From Balanoglossus misakiensis (Eukaryota > Animalia > Hemichordata): a stretch of DNA of 64,000 bases. This document shows, in pieces, positions 25,374 through 40,300 of this stretch (positions are counted from its first letter, which is position 1; each line of letters opens with the position of its first letter). A model generated the notes under the pieces. It saw only the letters and a list, made by a program, of their open reading frames with translations. It made no database searches and was not told the origin of the DNA. The DNA is taken from contig CM082584.2 in NCBI GenBank assembly GCA_040954595.2, forward strand, positions 9,505,061 through 9,569,060, written 5' to 3'. Both the position numbers and the translations under genes were made by a program.

Positions 25374-28300
25374 GTTAGTATCAACGCTTTCGTGGTGAAA
25401 TCTTGGCGTAATCAGCTCAACACTAGTTGACCAACGGTCACAAAATCCCGTCACATGCAACGTGGGATGCAAGCGCCAGTGCATATTATGTTTACATTTC
25501 ATCCCGGGCTACAACTGCGACGGGGAATATCACGACCGCGCTAGAATTTGCGCCCCAAGATGCTCTGGGGTCACCGTTTGGCACTGATTCGGGAATCCTG
25601 CGTCCCGGGGATTTGTCTGGTTTAGTATTTTGCGCTGGAAGAAGCAGCAAACCGCTTGAACACCACTACTCGGCGGAAATGAATGAAATTTACTCATGTC
25701 AAAAGTCAATTCTGTCGTATTGTGATCAGTGTGCATGCGTTTAGCTGGCCGTTGCCTGTATCCAAGGAGCTTCATCCTAGAGCATATCTGAAAAGTTGAG
25801 GGAAGCATCTGTGTTTTGGAAAAACTGACTGCGGTGGTTAGACGATCCGTTCTGAATGATTAGAGCGAGAGAATAAACCATTGAAAACAAGGTCAAGCAG
25901 GGAGAGAAATGGTTATGAGATTCCAAGCTCGAGAGTCGATCTGACCTGGTCAATTTTCCACCGACGACAACAACCTAACATACCCAATTAACACGGACAA
26001 AAATAGTCAACCGCGCTATTCGCAACGTGTACGCAAGCACGATGTCCAAACTGCAAAATTGTTTCTTTCCTATATGCGACCGCGCTCTGCATTTTATAGG
26101 GCGAATGTCGCAATTTTCGACCCCGTCTTGGTGGTCCCCCGTACTCCCGATCGGATATTTGACAGTCTGTGTTGTGATCCATGTGGCAACACGCTCGGCG
26201 CATGTCCCGTGTTTAGCTGTTGCCACAGAGATGAGAGAACATTTTGGGACATTTTCAATTGTTAACAACGGGTCTTTTTCTCTCGTTTGTCTATTCTGAC
26301 AGGGGCGGGCACACGGGAATAAAGCAGCGCTATGGCTCCGGGTGAGGATACAGTCATGCATGTTTCAACTCGGCTGCCATGTTCAACTCCACTATGGGAA
26401 AGTCTTGATCTTGGGGATGCTGATCCTGGCGTGCCTCTCGGTCGGACTGAAATTTGCTGTGGTGGAAACGAACGTAGAGAAGCTCTGGGTAGAAGGTAGG
26501 TTTCAACTTTTGTTTATCAACACCGACCGTACGAACCGCCACCATGCCAAGAAAAGCCAAAGAGCGTCCGGCTAATCAGAGCGTCTGGCACCGCGCTCGC
26601 GCGCGTCGTGTGAACGTGCGAAAAGCATCGTACCCTACCACGTCACACCTCTCGACAAACTGTTGTAAACATGCGCGGGTTATTTCGGGACGCGGGGGAA
26701 AGCCTTCGGACAGTTAGGGTGAACTGAAAACGGGCTCGGTTGTGTGACAATCGGTCGCCGGGTCGATTCGGCCTAGCACCGGCAGTTCGGTTATATCGCC
26801 AGTGAAATTTATCCATCCGCCATTTTGGTTGTGACCCTGGGTTGGCTAATTTGACTGGCCGCCGTGTGTGGTCCCGGTGCAGTTGGAAAGTTTTCAAGTT
26901 AAGATGGCAGGCAAATATGTAGATTTTAACCGCAGCTCGGGGATGCCCTTCAAGTTGCAGAGGTTACCCCCGGAGTTTAAATTGTGTCCCCTGTGTGTGT
27001 GTTAAGGCTTCCTTACAAAATTACACTGCCCGTTCAAGAAATTCCGTAGCTATTGTAAGGGGGTATCTTTTGTAAAGGGAGGAGTAGGCCGTAACTGTAT
27101 TTACATAAATGAGTTGGATGTAGTATGGTCGCTTAATATCCATTGTAGTGGACGTTTAAGAATGAAGTCGGCGACGCGACGGGGATATTTGTACCGCTCC
27201 GGAGCGGTCTTCAGTAAACTTTAAAAGTTTTATATCGCGTGTGGGTTTGACGTTTGTAAGTGACGTTTCCTCGAGAAATACCGCTGTGTCACCAAGGGTT
27301 ACAGGGTTCGAGCGTGAACTGTCAGATGGTGTAATTCCAAATTCATTAGTTTACACTAGTCGCGAGCACAATGATACTTGAAAATGGGGGCAGACTTCCA
27401 AAGCAGTTTGAATTGATTGAGATCGCTTGCAAGCCTCCACTCCAAACAAGCAATCTGGAGTAGTAAGGCAAATATATTACCGTGATTTAGATTAAAAGTG
27501 GGGAACCCTTACGGAGACTGAAGTACTGTGTTTACTTTTAACTTAGATGGTATGTGGAGCATTTTGTTAGGGATTCAAACTTCGCCGCGGCTCATATCTT
27601 TTGTTGTTGATCAAGTAGTTCACTCGATAAACCACCCTACGATGGAATCCGGTACGGACAGGGGGCGAGGGAGGCCTGAGAAGAACATCGCACTAGCGCG
27701 TCCACAGCATGTTGCGCCCGACCCCATCATACTGTCGTTTTCTTCTTACAAAAAAGTGGGGGGAAATCTCCGTTTTCCCCGCATTCAAAATGGCTGCCAA
27801 CTCCACTGTACACACACACATGCATGGGGGTGCTTTATATACCTCCCCTTTGTGCGCATAATAGTACGCATTTTTGCAACATTTTTGTTACTCGGTAAAA
27901 GCAAGCATAACATTCCGTTTTACGGACCCTAATGGCTGTTAAAATTTTTGGGAGAGACTTGCTAAAACCGAAGGAAAACTATACAGCTGTTGTTGAGTGG
28001 GCCAAGTTAACACCCTCAGCCATAGACACAAGTGCGGGTCTTACTACTTCCCTTAGTCACCCTCAAGCATAGGTGGTATTATATTACCTGTTGTTGTTGA
28101 TCTAAAGTGAGATTTGTGTTCCAAACCCCTTACTGGCCGGTCTTTGTTTTTTGGCCTTTTTTAAAAAAAAACGATTTCCCCCCAAAATAGTATTTGCTGC
28201 TTCTTTGTCTTAGAATATGCCCCATCCTTTTAAAAGTATAACAAATAGTTTGACATGTCAACCACCTCTATTCAGGAGCACTTGCTTTTCAAAGCATGCC

Positions 28301-31300
28301 ATTTAAGACATTTGTGAAGACTGGAGTAGACTGTGCTTTTAAATGTGTATACAACATCAACAGACTCTGTACAATAAGCTTGGTTGGTTGGTCGAGTTAG
28401 ATGCGCATGTGGCTTAGTTATTCGCGGGGACTGATTTATAAGCTATATAAATCTCAGAAGTTGATCACACACTAAAATGCTGAAATATTATGTGCAAGTC
28501 AGAATATCAAGCCTCTGTCACTATTCTCCAAGTATCTGCGGACAGCCATCAGAACCACGTTTTGACCAGGTGCATTAGTTATTGAGGACACTTCTGCGAG
28601 CAGGGAAAGGCAAAAACTTAAGGTTGCCAACTTTGGCCCACACAAGAGGGCGGTTGTTCCCGTGGGTCAGGAAAGAGAGATAAACCGGTGCTGGGTTAGA
28701 CCACAGTTTTGAAATCAATTCTGTGGTTTTATGATACAAGGATAAACTGTGTTGGATTTTTTTATTGTAATATTTACTGTCCCCAGTCATTATTTTATAA
28801 GGAAAACAAAAGAGTTCATCAGAAATAAGTTGATTGAATGTGCTCTTATCAAAAGGTTAGATTAAAAGACCTCCAAGTAGCGATTTTTAAGTCGGCGTAC
28901 GATAAAAAGCTTTCACTCACACAGAGAGATGTACTGTCATTGCCTCAATCAATAGCTGCATTAAAACCTTTGGAAAAGATTAACTGTTAAGTCTTTGAGT
29001 ACCTTGAACTTGGGGTCTCAGCTACTGAGATTCTCTTCCCTCATTGACTTAGCTGGGCTAGATACTGATTCCGTATCAGACGTCCTTAAGCCCCCACGGA
29101 TGATATTAGCTCTTGTTTTAAACCACTGTTGAACTGCTTCAGATGATCGCTTTGGTTGAAACTCTTGTGTAACTGATATAGGTATTCAGTATCTGTCCTC
29201 CCGTATTTTTCCCAGCTCCCGACTAGATAATGCAAAGCGGGGAGCCACTGAGAGACACTGTGTGCGCGAATGCGGTCCCCCCCCCCTCCCCTTTTCTCCG
29301 CAAAACAAAACTTAGGTAATCAGCGCGGGAGGGTTTAACTGTTGAGTGGTCTCCGCTTTCAAACAAAGTGGAGTGTTTGAAAAGGGAACTGGGGGGAAAC
29401 AGAAGAGATGAATACAGCCCCTGCTGGGTTTTTGTTTTGGCGGCACAAAAAACTGGAACATTGGCGAACTGTTGTGATATTCTGTGTGTGTGTCGGAGAA
29501 GTGGGGGGTTTGGATAGTCGGGGGTTTGTTTTTTTCCGCCATTCATTGCTCTGTTTCTGTGGCAGCTCATTGTTTGTCGCCAGCGAGGGTTGGACCTCTA
29601 GGACAGCGTCTGGCGAAGCGGGCCCATCTTTGAATTGGCTTTTTTTGATCGTCGAGTGAAAGACATCTGACTCCATCGCTGACTTTGACACATGCTGAAT
29701 GCGGCTCCTAGGTACTACAATTGAGGTCTCAGATCCTCGCCTCATCTGTTGCTATGACGACGAGGGAGGTTTCCCCTTTTTGCATCAGTACAAACCAGAC
29801 TTCACACACACACACTTACACCCAAAAAAAAACCCTGGTTGAGAAACGTGTGCATCGCGCTCTGTCTCACTCTCTCTCTGTCGTGGCTGTTTCAAATTTC
29901 ATGAGTAACCCTCGACCACTGAGTACTGGTGTGTGATACATAAGAGGGAGACCACATCTTTGCCACCAATTGGTGTAATGTATATTGCTGTTACGCAAGT
30001 TGAATCCTGGTGGAATGTGCAGTTGGCCCTGTTCGTAAAGAGATGTCAGTTTGGCGAGGTCTCTCGAAATTGAGTTTGAATCTCTTCAGAGAAAGAGCAG
30101 GAGAAAGAGCGAGAGAGAAGAGGGGTGAGATTGGTTGGTGGGAGAGATGTGATGTTTAACTTAGGCAAGTTTATTTTTGCTGCTGCGGTATTTAGGTCTA
30201 CTTTCAGTGCAGCAATAGGATGCATCTTGGGCGCTAAATGGAAGGCAAACAAATAGGCCACGCTGTGTTTAGAGTAGCCGTTCTGACATGTTTACTGAAG
30301 GTCCGTGATGGTTCACAGTTGTGTCCATGTGGTGTGCTTGGTAAATCTTCAGGGGGGATGGCCGACTGGTGTGTATTGTGTGTGTTGAGCCTGGAGCAAA
30401 CCGGGCATATTAGAGAGTGGGGCCAGCGAAAAACAGCCGTTTAGCGGGGGAAAGTTCATCGGAAATAAACAACAGAGAATTGATATTATCAGTATTTTCG
30501 TAAGCAAGCTTAGCGCAATGAAGACTTGAGTAGCCACAGTTGATGGGTTTTCTCTATAAAAGAGTAAAACTCAAAGCTAGACGAAATTTTGCAATTCTAG
30601 GGAAAAAGATTTTGTGAAGCCTAGATTTTTTATTTTTAATCATTAATTCCTGTGAAGATGCTGTTTATTTCAGTTACATATACCTCAAGGTCACATTCGC
30701 GCATGTATGGTAACGATGAATTTGAAATAGTTTCATTTGATGGTGATTTATTTTTGCTTAAAAACAGCCCATCCTCCCTTTTCATACTGAGTTTCATGCA
30801 CCATTGGTTTCCAACTCAAGGCTACTTGGAATTTCGGTCTGGAAGCAGTAACTAATGATTGGGGGGGGGGGTATGGGGTGCTGGTTAGGGCAGGGGTTGT
30901 TGAACGGCAATGAAGATGCACACATGAATACCTGCACCCACCAGATCAGAGTAAACTGATGAACAACAGAATTCTTCATCAAACACACTGTAATCCAGTT
31001 CATTCCCCACCCTCGTAATCTCAGCTGTCCCCCCTAGCGGCGAATAGAACCTTCCGTACCATCATCCAGGGAAGAGCGGTGTAACAGGATAGAGATCGTG
31101 TTATTTAGGGTAATATAATACTTATTTTGAGAAAGTCTGGCAAAGCCAAAGTGAAAATATTTCCAGTGGAAAAAGTTGTGTTTATTGGTCTTTCGATATA
31201 CAATAAAAGACAGGTCAGGAGACAAGTCTCTCCTTTTCCCACTCTTCCCGAGTACAAACTCTGGTTGATTTGTGTGAGGGAACGACTTTCTGGGCGATTT

Positions 31301-34300
31301 TTCTAGGGTTTCATGCCAGCGATGTCGGTAGGATATGTTATGTGTTGTGATCGAGGGGGCCAAACACAAGTGATCCTCGACCGGGAAAGTTTATTTTGAT
31401 ACGGCTAAGCTGGCTCCAGAAGAATGCTCTCCGGACATAAATAACACAACCACATGTTTTCCAGAGGTCTAAACAGTCTCCCATCATGTGTGATAAACTT
31501 GCGTAAGAGCTAAAAGCCGAGAAAAAAACAAACTCCGACCAAAAAAATAAAAATCTGAGAACCAGGATGTTAAAATTTGCATTTCGCCACGAAATATAAT
31601 ATTCTTGTCAGTCCCAAAAGTAATTGCATCTTGGCAATTATGTAACTTTTTATATAAATTTTCCAATGAAAAACAAACCTGGTCAACTTTTCTGCATATA
31701 AGAATGTTTATTGCATGTTAGGTATATGTTTATAGATACATGAGAAATGTCCGATGTCGATTAAATGAAATGTAGGGGTCGTCTGGTTACCGCATAAAAG
31801 GTACATCTGTCAACCCGTCCTTGCTTGCCCCTGATGTACGGCACACATAAATACATGTACTCGCTTCCCACAGCACTTTATTTGGGCATTTTGCAACTTG
31901 CAATGATGGAGTTCTCAACTCAGGTGAGAAAGGTTGCCGTGGAAACTCATCAATATGCACAAACCCCTTTGGTTTCGCGGGCACTGCTTCATCTTTGTTT
32001 CCACATCTAGAGTTAATTAGAGGAATTGGTTTAATTGACTTGAGTATGGGAAAGTTAATTATGTTTGCTTTGCTCACTTTGTTAAAGATGCATTGCCCTT
32101 AAATTTGACTGAAGATTGCGTTGTGGTCATATTGAATACTGAAACTGTTTTTACCAGAAGAAACATTTTCTATTGCGAAAATAGGTTTCCTCTGCCCTTC
32201 ACCAAAATGCAAATTATCATGTCTGGCGAGAAATGGAAGCCTCTTCAGCTATGACAGCGAGAATTGTGCCTTTGACATAGGTATACCCCTGCTGTTTTAT
32301 CAGCAACATCTGTAGAAAGACATTGACTGTCACTGCAGACAGTTTGCCATGTATATGAGCCAAAATGGATAATTCCCCCCCCCCCCCCCCCCCCAACCTC
32401 AACAAGTGGAACATCCCAGGCTGATGGAGGGATACAAGACAAATGGATGACTTCAAGACGCTCTGACAGGGAAGAAGGAAATTAATGACTTTCGTGTTAA
32501 CCACAATTTTAAAATGTTTTCAACAATCCGCAAATATGTCTGGCCTCTGAGATTGTACTGTGGGTGGCATCTATCACTTTGCATTGAATCCATAGATTCA
32601 TCATTGCTTTAAAAATCAAAATTAATAAAAAAAAATTATACTATGTCCAGAAAAGTTTTCATTATTTTCTTGTTGATTATTTTTTACGACGGGGGACATT
32701 TGTTTGTCATTAACCAAATATAGTCTAGTCAGCAGTAAAAGATGTCCAACAGTGCTCCTTATCAGTTGAGTGAGTTTCTCCTCCCATGAAGAAAATGTAA
32801 CAGTAGGCCAACATCCAAGACACATGCATTAGAAATAATTGCTTTCTCAGTATTGTCCGGTCATCCACATCTTTCAGATTGGTCTTCGAAATCTTCCCGT
32901 GCTATTTTCAGGCTTTTATGTTATATTCGACATCAACAAAAAAGTGCTTTTCCTGGAAGAAACTACGTTAAAAATGGTTGAATTTATTTATAGCTGAAGA
33001 AACTGCTATTTGTACCCTGTAACAAAAAAAAGGAAAGATGCCTCCTGGAATACCACCATGCATTTTGTAACCTTTGAAGAAGCACGTACGGGAGTGTACA
33101 CAGCCCACAATGAAAACAGTCCTGACGCACAAGCTTATTTTCTTATTCACTGACGTTTGAACTGGCGCCTAATGGCAGTTTGTAAAAAAGGGAGAAAAAA
33201 ACCAAGAGTACTGTGTATTTACAATATGTGATCTACATTGTTGTGCGAGAGAATGTGAATGGTGGCACACACAAACACGAAACGGTTCAACCCTGCTTCA
33301 TCCATAGTTTCTTTTTCTCTTTGAACACGGCTTGCTTTGGTTTTGGGAGCCCAAGTACCCTAGGGGCAGGCCTCTATTGTCCCGGTCAGTGTGACGTAAA
33401 TTGGGGACTGTTTGGACTGAGCTTGAAGGACTTCGTCTTTGCCGGTTGGTGGCAAGTTCCCGTCGGTCTCCGGTGTCGCTCGTCCTGGTGAAATGGCGGA
33501 AAGTGCGGCTAGCCAGGCACAGGGAGCTCTTTTAATCCGGGAATGAGCACTTGAATGAAAAAAATCATGTTATTGGCATACCTTCGACACCCAGACAACA
33601 ATGGCGCAAACACTTAAAAACAGAGAGTGTGTTTTTTCTGTAACGAATAAGAGACCATCTTAGACTTGCACTTGTAGCCACTTCGAGATAATACTCCCCC
33701 ACGGTTTATATTCAAATTGCTTGACCTGGGACTCAAGTATAAGTGTTGACAGTTTTGGCAAAGAAAAAAAATGTGAGAAATACTTCTTCCTTAATGTTGA
33801 ACCAAACATGGAATTCTTTCCTGGACTCGGAGGAACCACATTGACTATTGGCTTTTTTCCCCCAGAGGATTTTATTTTTATTTTGCACAGGAAAGGTTAA
33901 ATTCTGAATAGTTGCCAAAACCCCACCCTCGGCTAATTTGAACATTACATGAAAGGGTGTTGCTTGAAAATCAATATATCATGAATTCTTTATTTTTCGT
34001 TATTTTCCAGTTGGTGGGAGACTTCAGCGGGAATTACAGTACACGGCAGAGACTTTGGGTTCAGGAGAGGGAACAACAAATCAAATAATTATACAGACTC
34101 CGAAGTTAGATGGGGCCAATATTTTAACTCAAGAAGCATTAGAAAATCATTTACACTCATTTCTTCAAGCAATCAACGTAGAAATAGATATGTATGGAAT
34201 GTAAGTGGTTCTTTTTCTTATTTTGTTGCTTTGAAATGAACAGAATCATTTGTTATGTTATTTTGGGCGTTTTTGTGTGTTTGTGTATGGATTTTTGATC

Positions 34301-37300
34301 GATAAAGTTGAAAGTATTGTTATTGATTTTAATTGAAGATTTTGGTATCCTCCTGTGTTTGGGGTAGCTGTTATAGGCAAAAACATTACATTTTCATGAT
34401 GATTGTGTTACTTATGTGTAATTATGATTTCTTTCACTTCTGATTCTGTTGCAGACAATGGGACATAGAAGATATCTGTTACAGACCACCCATGCCAAGT
34501 TTTGAAGCAGGAATTTTAGACTTTGTATGTATATTTCATATGCACTCTTTTGAAATTGGCGCGTGCTGCTTCACTCCCTAGCCTTGTAGTTGTAAACACT
34601 TCACTCCCTAGTACATGGCTAAAAATATAAACAAAAGTTTTTATGTCCAATGTTTATATTTCAATTAATTTAAACTTTGTTGTTTTTGTCTTTCAGATGT
34701 TAGAAAATATAGTACCATGTATTATAATTACTCCTTTAGACTGTTTTTGGGAAGGGGCGAAATTATTAGGACCCAAAACTCCTCTTAGTCTTCCAACAGA
34801 GTAAGTACAAGCCTCTTTTTTCTCACTTTTTTTTCGATAAATGACATTTATAACCTTGTATCTGGATGGTAAATTCGTACACTTTTGACCAGGCACCTTT
34901 CATTTTGCTGGACAATTTTTTTTCCAAAATGTAATCGTAGCTGGGCTTGTCCTGTCCGCCACTTTGAATTCTTCTGTGAGCTTTCAGCCTTGAAGAAGTT
35001 GCCTTGTAAGAAATATAACTGTTTATTGCCTTTGTAAACATTTGTCATGGCAAGATGGCTTGATAATATGTGTGCTGGGAGGCCACCCAGCTTTTTGGCA
35101 GCAAATTGTAATTTTCTCTTCTCTAAATGAAAGTTTTGGACATGACAGTTGCGTTTAATGTCACTTTTAATAAAAACGAACAAACAAATAAGTTTGTAGT
35201 ATCAAAAAAAAGTTTATTCAGTATTAAAGAGGAAACAACTTCTAAGCTGGATAGGAAATCACGCCCCATGATTATGAATGAGATTTCTGTGTACATATTG
35301 TTTTTCATGAACATGAAATTTATTTTTTTTGAGTATAAAAGCTCACAATATGCTAGTTCATGGATCCCAGAAATAAAAAAGACATTCTAAGAGAGATTGC
35401 ATGCAGAGGAGACATCTGAGATTGATAATTAGCATAGCAATAAGTTTTCCATATGTTTGTGTCTGAGCGAGATTTGTGGCCGTGCGAGAAACGTGCCGAG
35501 CCTTGTATTTGCGATTCTGACCTAAATTGATATACAAATCAGTCTGCTGTGGGAATATACTCGCTAGCGGTCTTTTCAGCATTTTCCCCCAAAAAGTAAA
35601 CAATACCCACCCTTTTGGAAATTCCACAACTTCTTCCCAACAGTGGGTGCAATTTTCGCTTGAAATGGTATACACACAAATACCGTACCGTATATCCTGA
35701 GGGATGCAAAACCCTGGTTTTTTTTTTACCCTCCACAATAATAGAGATATTGGGAGTCCAGATCGGTTTCCAGAAAGCAGTTAGTTTATCAGTGATCTTA
35801 ACCAGGGCTAAAGATCAAGGTCACGCGCTGATTTCTTCAACTCAGCCCCCGCTTTTTTTTTTTTCTCTTGCAGTGCTTTTTATGGACCACTGAAATGGAC
35901 GAATCTAGATCCACTGGAAATCATAGAGAGTCTTAGAGAAGAGATCGATTTTTTTGCAGACGCCGATGCTCTGATTTCAATCTTGGAAGCGGTAAGAAAC
36001 AGTTTCTTTATTCCAGAGTCAGTTAAACGTCATCAGTGTTGTTACACAGTAAAACTTGTCTCAACCAAGACCTGTCTAATCCGGAAACCTGTGTATACCG
36101 AACACCCTTTCCAGTCCCTTTCACATAGGAACACAGAACCTCTGTAAACCCGACACCGAACAATTTCTTCAGCCCCTTTGGTGTTCAGTTTGGTCAGGTT
36201 TTACTGTAGTAACTCGCGGTGTGGGAAAGCTGAGAAAACGTCTCAGTCATGGACACTGGTATATAGTTACGGGCTATGGGGTGACGGGCAAGTTATGCTT
36301 TCTATTAGAAACTGTTTCATCTTGAAAAAAAAAATTGGGTTCACGGTGACAATGGGAGTACAATGAGTGCATGGACGCTGGCTCTTAGCTGGCTTTTTGA
36401 CTGGTGTCAGAGAGCCATTTGGAGGCGCATTTTGCGTGGCATTAAGGTACAAATAGTCTACTCTGTTACACTCCACTTGTCACCGTTGAATGGGGGGTTT
36501 AAGGTAGTGAATGGGATAGGTCTCGAAAATGATAGAAAAAAAACCACACACAACATCAACACAGGATTCCCCAATTCCCAGCCAAAGCAAATGGGCCTGT
36601 CATTTTGTTTGCCTTCAAACCGGCAGTTTATAACAGCTGGCCACATTTAAAGCTGTGTGTTGCATCATGTAGCACTTACATTGGTGGATTTTGTTTTGGA
36701 CTGATATATCGATGATGTCAAGACTTGACGTAGGCAGACTTTTTCTGTACGTACCCCGTCAAATCTTGACTGATTCTTCACAGAGGATGGTCGTGATACA
36801 TGGACAAATTAAGACAGATTGTGCACGGTCGTTTGTTCTGATTTATCCCGCTTTATATACCATTTAATGGCGCCATTTTTCATTCATGGATGAATCAAGT
36901 TCCCTTCTTTTTTTTCCCTCCCCAAAAAAAAGGCTGGTGTCAGTCACGGGTACCAGGACAAGCCCTGTCTCAATCCGCACGATCCTGAGTGTCCGGACAT
37001 GGCGCCCAATAAGTACACCGGCCAGGTGAGTACAAGCACCATCTTTTTCCGTCTTGGTTCATCTCAGATTGTCACGGACGTCAGCAGTTCCCAAATATCA
37101 ACAAGACAACATCATAGTTTCCATAGTCGGAATAGGAAAAAGAAATTACCTACAATGTTCAAGCAAAAAAAACCAACCCAGTCAGAGTGTAGACTGTAGA
37201 CCATTGTGCGAGATCACACACATATTTAACCTAACATGTAAAAATACAAAATGTACTACACGTACATGTAACTTTTAGCAACTCCTTGTCAGGAATGTCC

Positions 37301-40300
37301 TTTTCTTAAAAAAAAGTCAAATGTTGCATTTATTTTGACATAACTGCCACTACGATGAAGAAAGTGATTCTAGGTCATGAAAAATTAAATGGGCGTTTAC
37401 AGGTCAATTTTTGGCATCTAAATTTGGTACAGGTATTTAAGTTTACTTTTCCAACGCAGGTTTCCTAATCTCTCAGGTTTAAAGAAACTACTCCAGGCCC
37501 ATAAATTGCCACTACATTCTTAACATTTCTCAGTCAGAAGAAGGCATTTCACATCCTGTTTCTCGGATGGTTGTGAAATTATGCAACACCTCAGTTATTA
37601 TTTTGTGGTGATGTGTGAAGAAGTGACTTCTTTTTTCAACTCCACACCTGTGGCTGTGGGTGTGAAATAACCAATTCAGTCTCTCTCTGTCTGTGTGTGT
37701 GGTCACCTGCCTTGATGCAGGCCGCAAAAAATTCCATCAATAAGAACTCAATACTGAGGTGCGAGGCTACAGCCCCGACACTCAATAGCGTTCACAAGCT
37801 TAGAGGACCGTCAAAGCATTCAACCAGTAATTTCTCTTCCCCCCTTCAGTCGCACCCGCTGTTGGTTGTCAACTCGACAGCATGAGATTGCTTCATTGAT
37901 GCCGGGATGACAATATCCCGGGTCCTTGGTTCCCGTTGAAAAACACTGCAGGGTTTTAAATTGTGCCATTGACAAGAAAAATACCTTGTGTGTAAATGGA
38001 AGGGGTGCTATTGTAAAACAAGATTAGGTGTCTGGTTGCCGATTTTTCGTCGACACTTGCATTTAACTTGGTAGATGCAGGTGTACATAAAACTGGTTTT
38101 TGAGCGGCCAGTAGCAATAACTTTTCCCACTTTGTGATTTTTGTCAGCCTTTTTGAAGTAAACCACTATTAATTTCATTTGAAGAAGGGAAGATAAAACC
38201 GTATTCTGTTTTAATCGAAAATACAGACATTTCATTTCATTGCATGGTGTGAAAGGTGGAAGCAGAGCGAGATTATATCAGGGTGTGATAGCCTGAACCC
38301 CGAATTTGTAACAGTATTAAGATAAGTAACTATATCCCTGTTTGTTCTCTGTTTTGGGTGACGCAGGTGCCCAACATAGGCGCAGAGCTGACTGGTGGGT
38401 GTACGGGGTTTGCCAGCAAGTACATGGCCTGGCCGGAAGATCTCATCGTCGGAGGTGTGCAGAAGAACCAGAGTGGGCACATCTTGAGGTGAGATGGGCT
38501 ACTTATTGTCAGTGTCATAATTTCTTATGACTCCCTGACTTTGCTGAGAGTACTTTTCTGTCAAGGTTGTGGATGGCTTTGTGTACAGTGTACGCGTCTG
38601 TGTGTTCTACCAGCCGTGGCCAATCGTGGCAACAAAAGCAACATGTGATGGTGTATTTCCTCTCTCAGTGTAAAACAGTTTCTTTTGACGCTTGTTGAAC
38701 TTTGGGTATTTTTCCGGTTCGACTCGACTGATCACAGTGATGCGCTCAAACTGTTCATCCTATTATGTTAGGGCGAGCAAGTGAGAGAGAGAGGGGAGGT
38801 TCAGGGCCCTCGTTTGCCAGACGTAACATGATAGTATTGTACTTATGGCCACTGCTATGTGCACCTGATCTTCGCCGGTTCTGCCACTGAAATAATTGTA
38901 AAGGTGAAAAAATGTAGCACGTTTCTTGCATGACTTGGACCACAGGTGTTGCATAGTAGTTGACATGTTTTGGGTCTCTACAGTGTTTCGTTTTTTTTCT
39001 GTCCTGCGTTTTTTTAAACGGATATGCATTTGCGCTCTGTTGTGTGCGAAGGTAACTGTATACTTCCATCCCTGGAATCGGTACAGCTGTCATGATGTCC
39101 CAAATCCTTCCAGTACCTGTATTTAATTGTGCGTAGTCGTGAATGTGCAGTCAATATATAGTGCTTGTCCACCCGACATAAATCATCATGCATAAACCGT
39201 TTGCCTCAGAACATCCCCCCTCCCCAACCGTCACCTCTTTACTGTTACATGACCAAAAGAATTTTCACCGTTCGGGTTGATCTATATGTAAGAATTACGA
39301 GTGGGAAAAGTTACAGCCATTTCTTCCACTATCAAGACTTTTACAGTTCGACCTTGCAGTAAAGATCGCTTTCTAATACACTAACTTGTCATCAGTCTCG
39401 CAATACTAACAAATCTCTTATAACCCTTTTTGCCTTGTTGCCAGCTGCCAAAACCAAGGTAAATACTCATCTTAATAATTACTCTTTCTATTCTAATGAC
39501 CTGAGAATATTTGCTTTTCTTTAGTAAGTCATTTATACTCTCTACACTAAGGGTGTGGGAATCCGAAGGCCTTGATCATGGCATTCAAACTAAGTTCCCA
39601 TGGGATAGACGACCCAATGCCTATCTCCACGAGGCCGTTATCAGCCCCTAAACTCCTCGCTATCGCAGTCTTACTCGGCATTATGACCGCTCGCACACAT
39701 TCTGGCTGTAAAGCTGCCGATAACCCTTAGCAAATTTCCACATTTGCCGAGAGAAAGTTAATTTAAGATTTTTGCTGGATGACTCATTGCTCTCTACATC
39801 CAACAGGAGCAGACCGCAAAAAAAAAGAAATGTTTGTTTGTCTCGCTTTTTAGAGGGGAGAGTGCTGTCTGTTTGAATAATGTATTCAATTGTGTGCTTA
39901 CTTGAACGTTTGTGTTTAGCAAAAGTGGCTTAAGGAGTGAGCGAAACCGCCCAGAGCTTTTCTCCATTTAGGGTTTGTTTCCTCCAATCATCGTCACCGC
40001 AAAAACTATCAACAATTAATTTGGTCTGTCGGGGTCACTTAGTTTTAACGAAATTTGTGTTAAAAAAAAAGCTACATGGATAATTTCCTGGGTGTAATTT
40101 CTCACATGGGTTTGATGTTCTTCACGCGCATGAGGCCAAGGCTGCGTGGAGTGTTATCCCATTGGTATGCTAATGCGATTGCACAACGGCGGTTGAAAAA
40201 GAACAGTAATATAGGGCCTAATTTGAAGGAAATTAGGAGGCAGTTGAATTGGCCTCCATTCATGGGGCCTCGCAGCGTCTTTTGTTGTAAACGTTCCGAG

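Noticed and set aside
34569-34611. 13 bp direct repeat CTTCACTCCCTAG in a short intron
   Set aside because: Most simply a local duplication; no further structure
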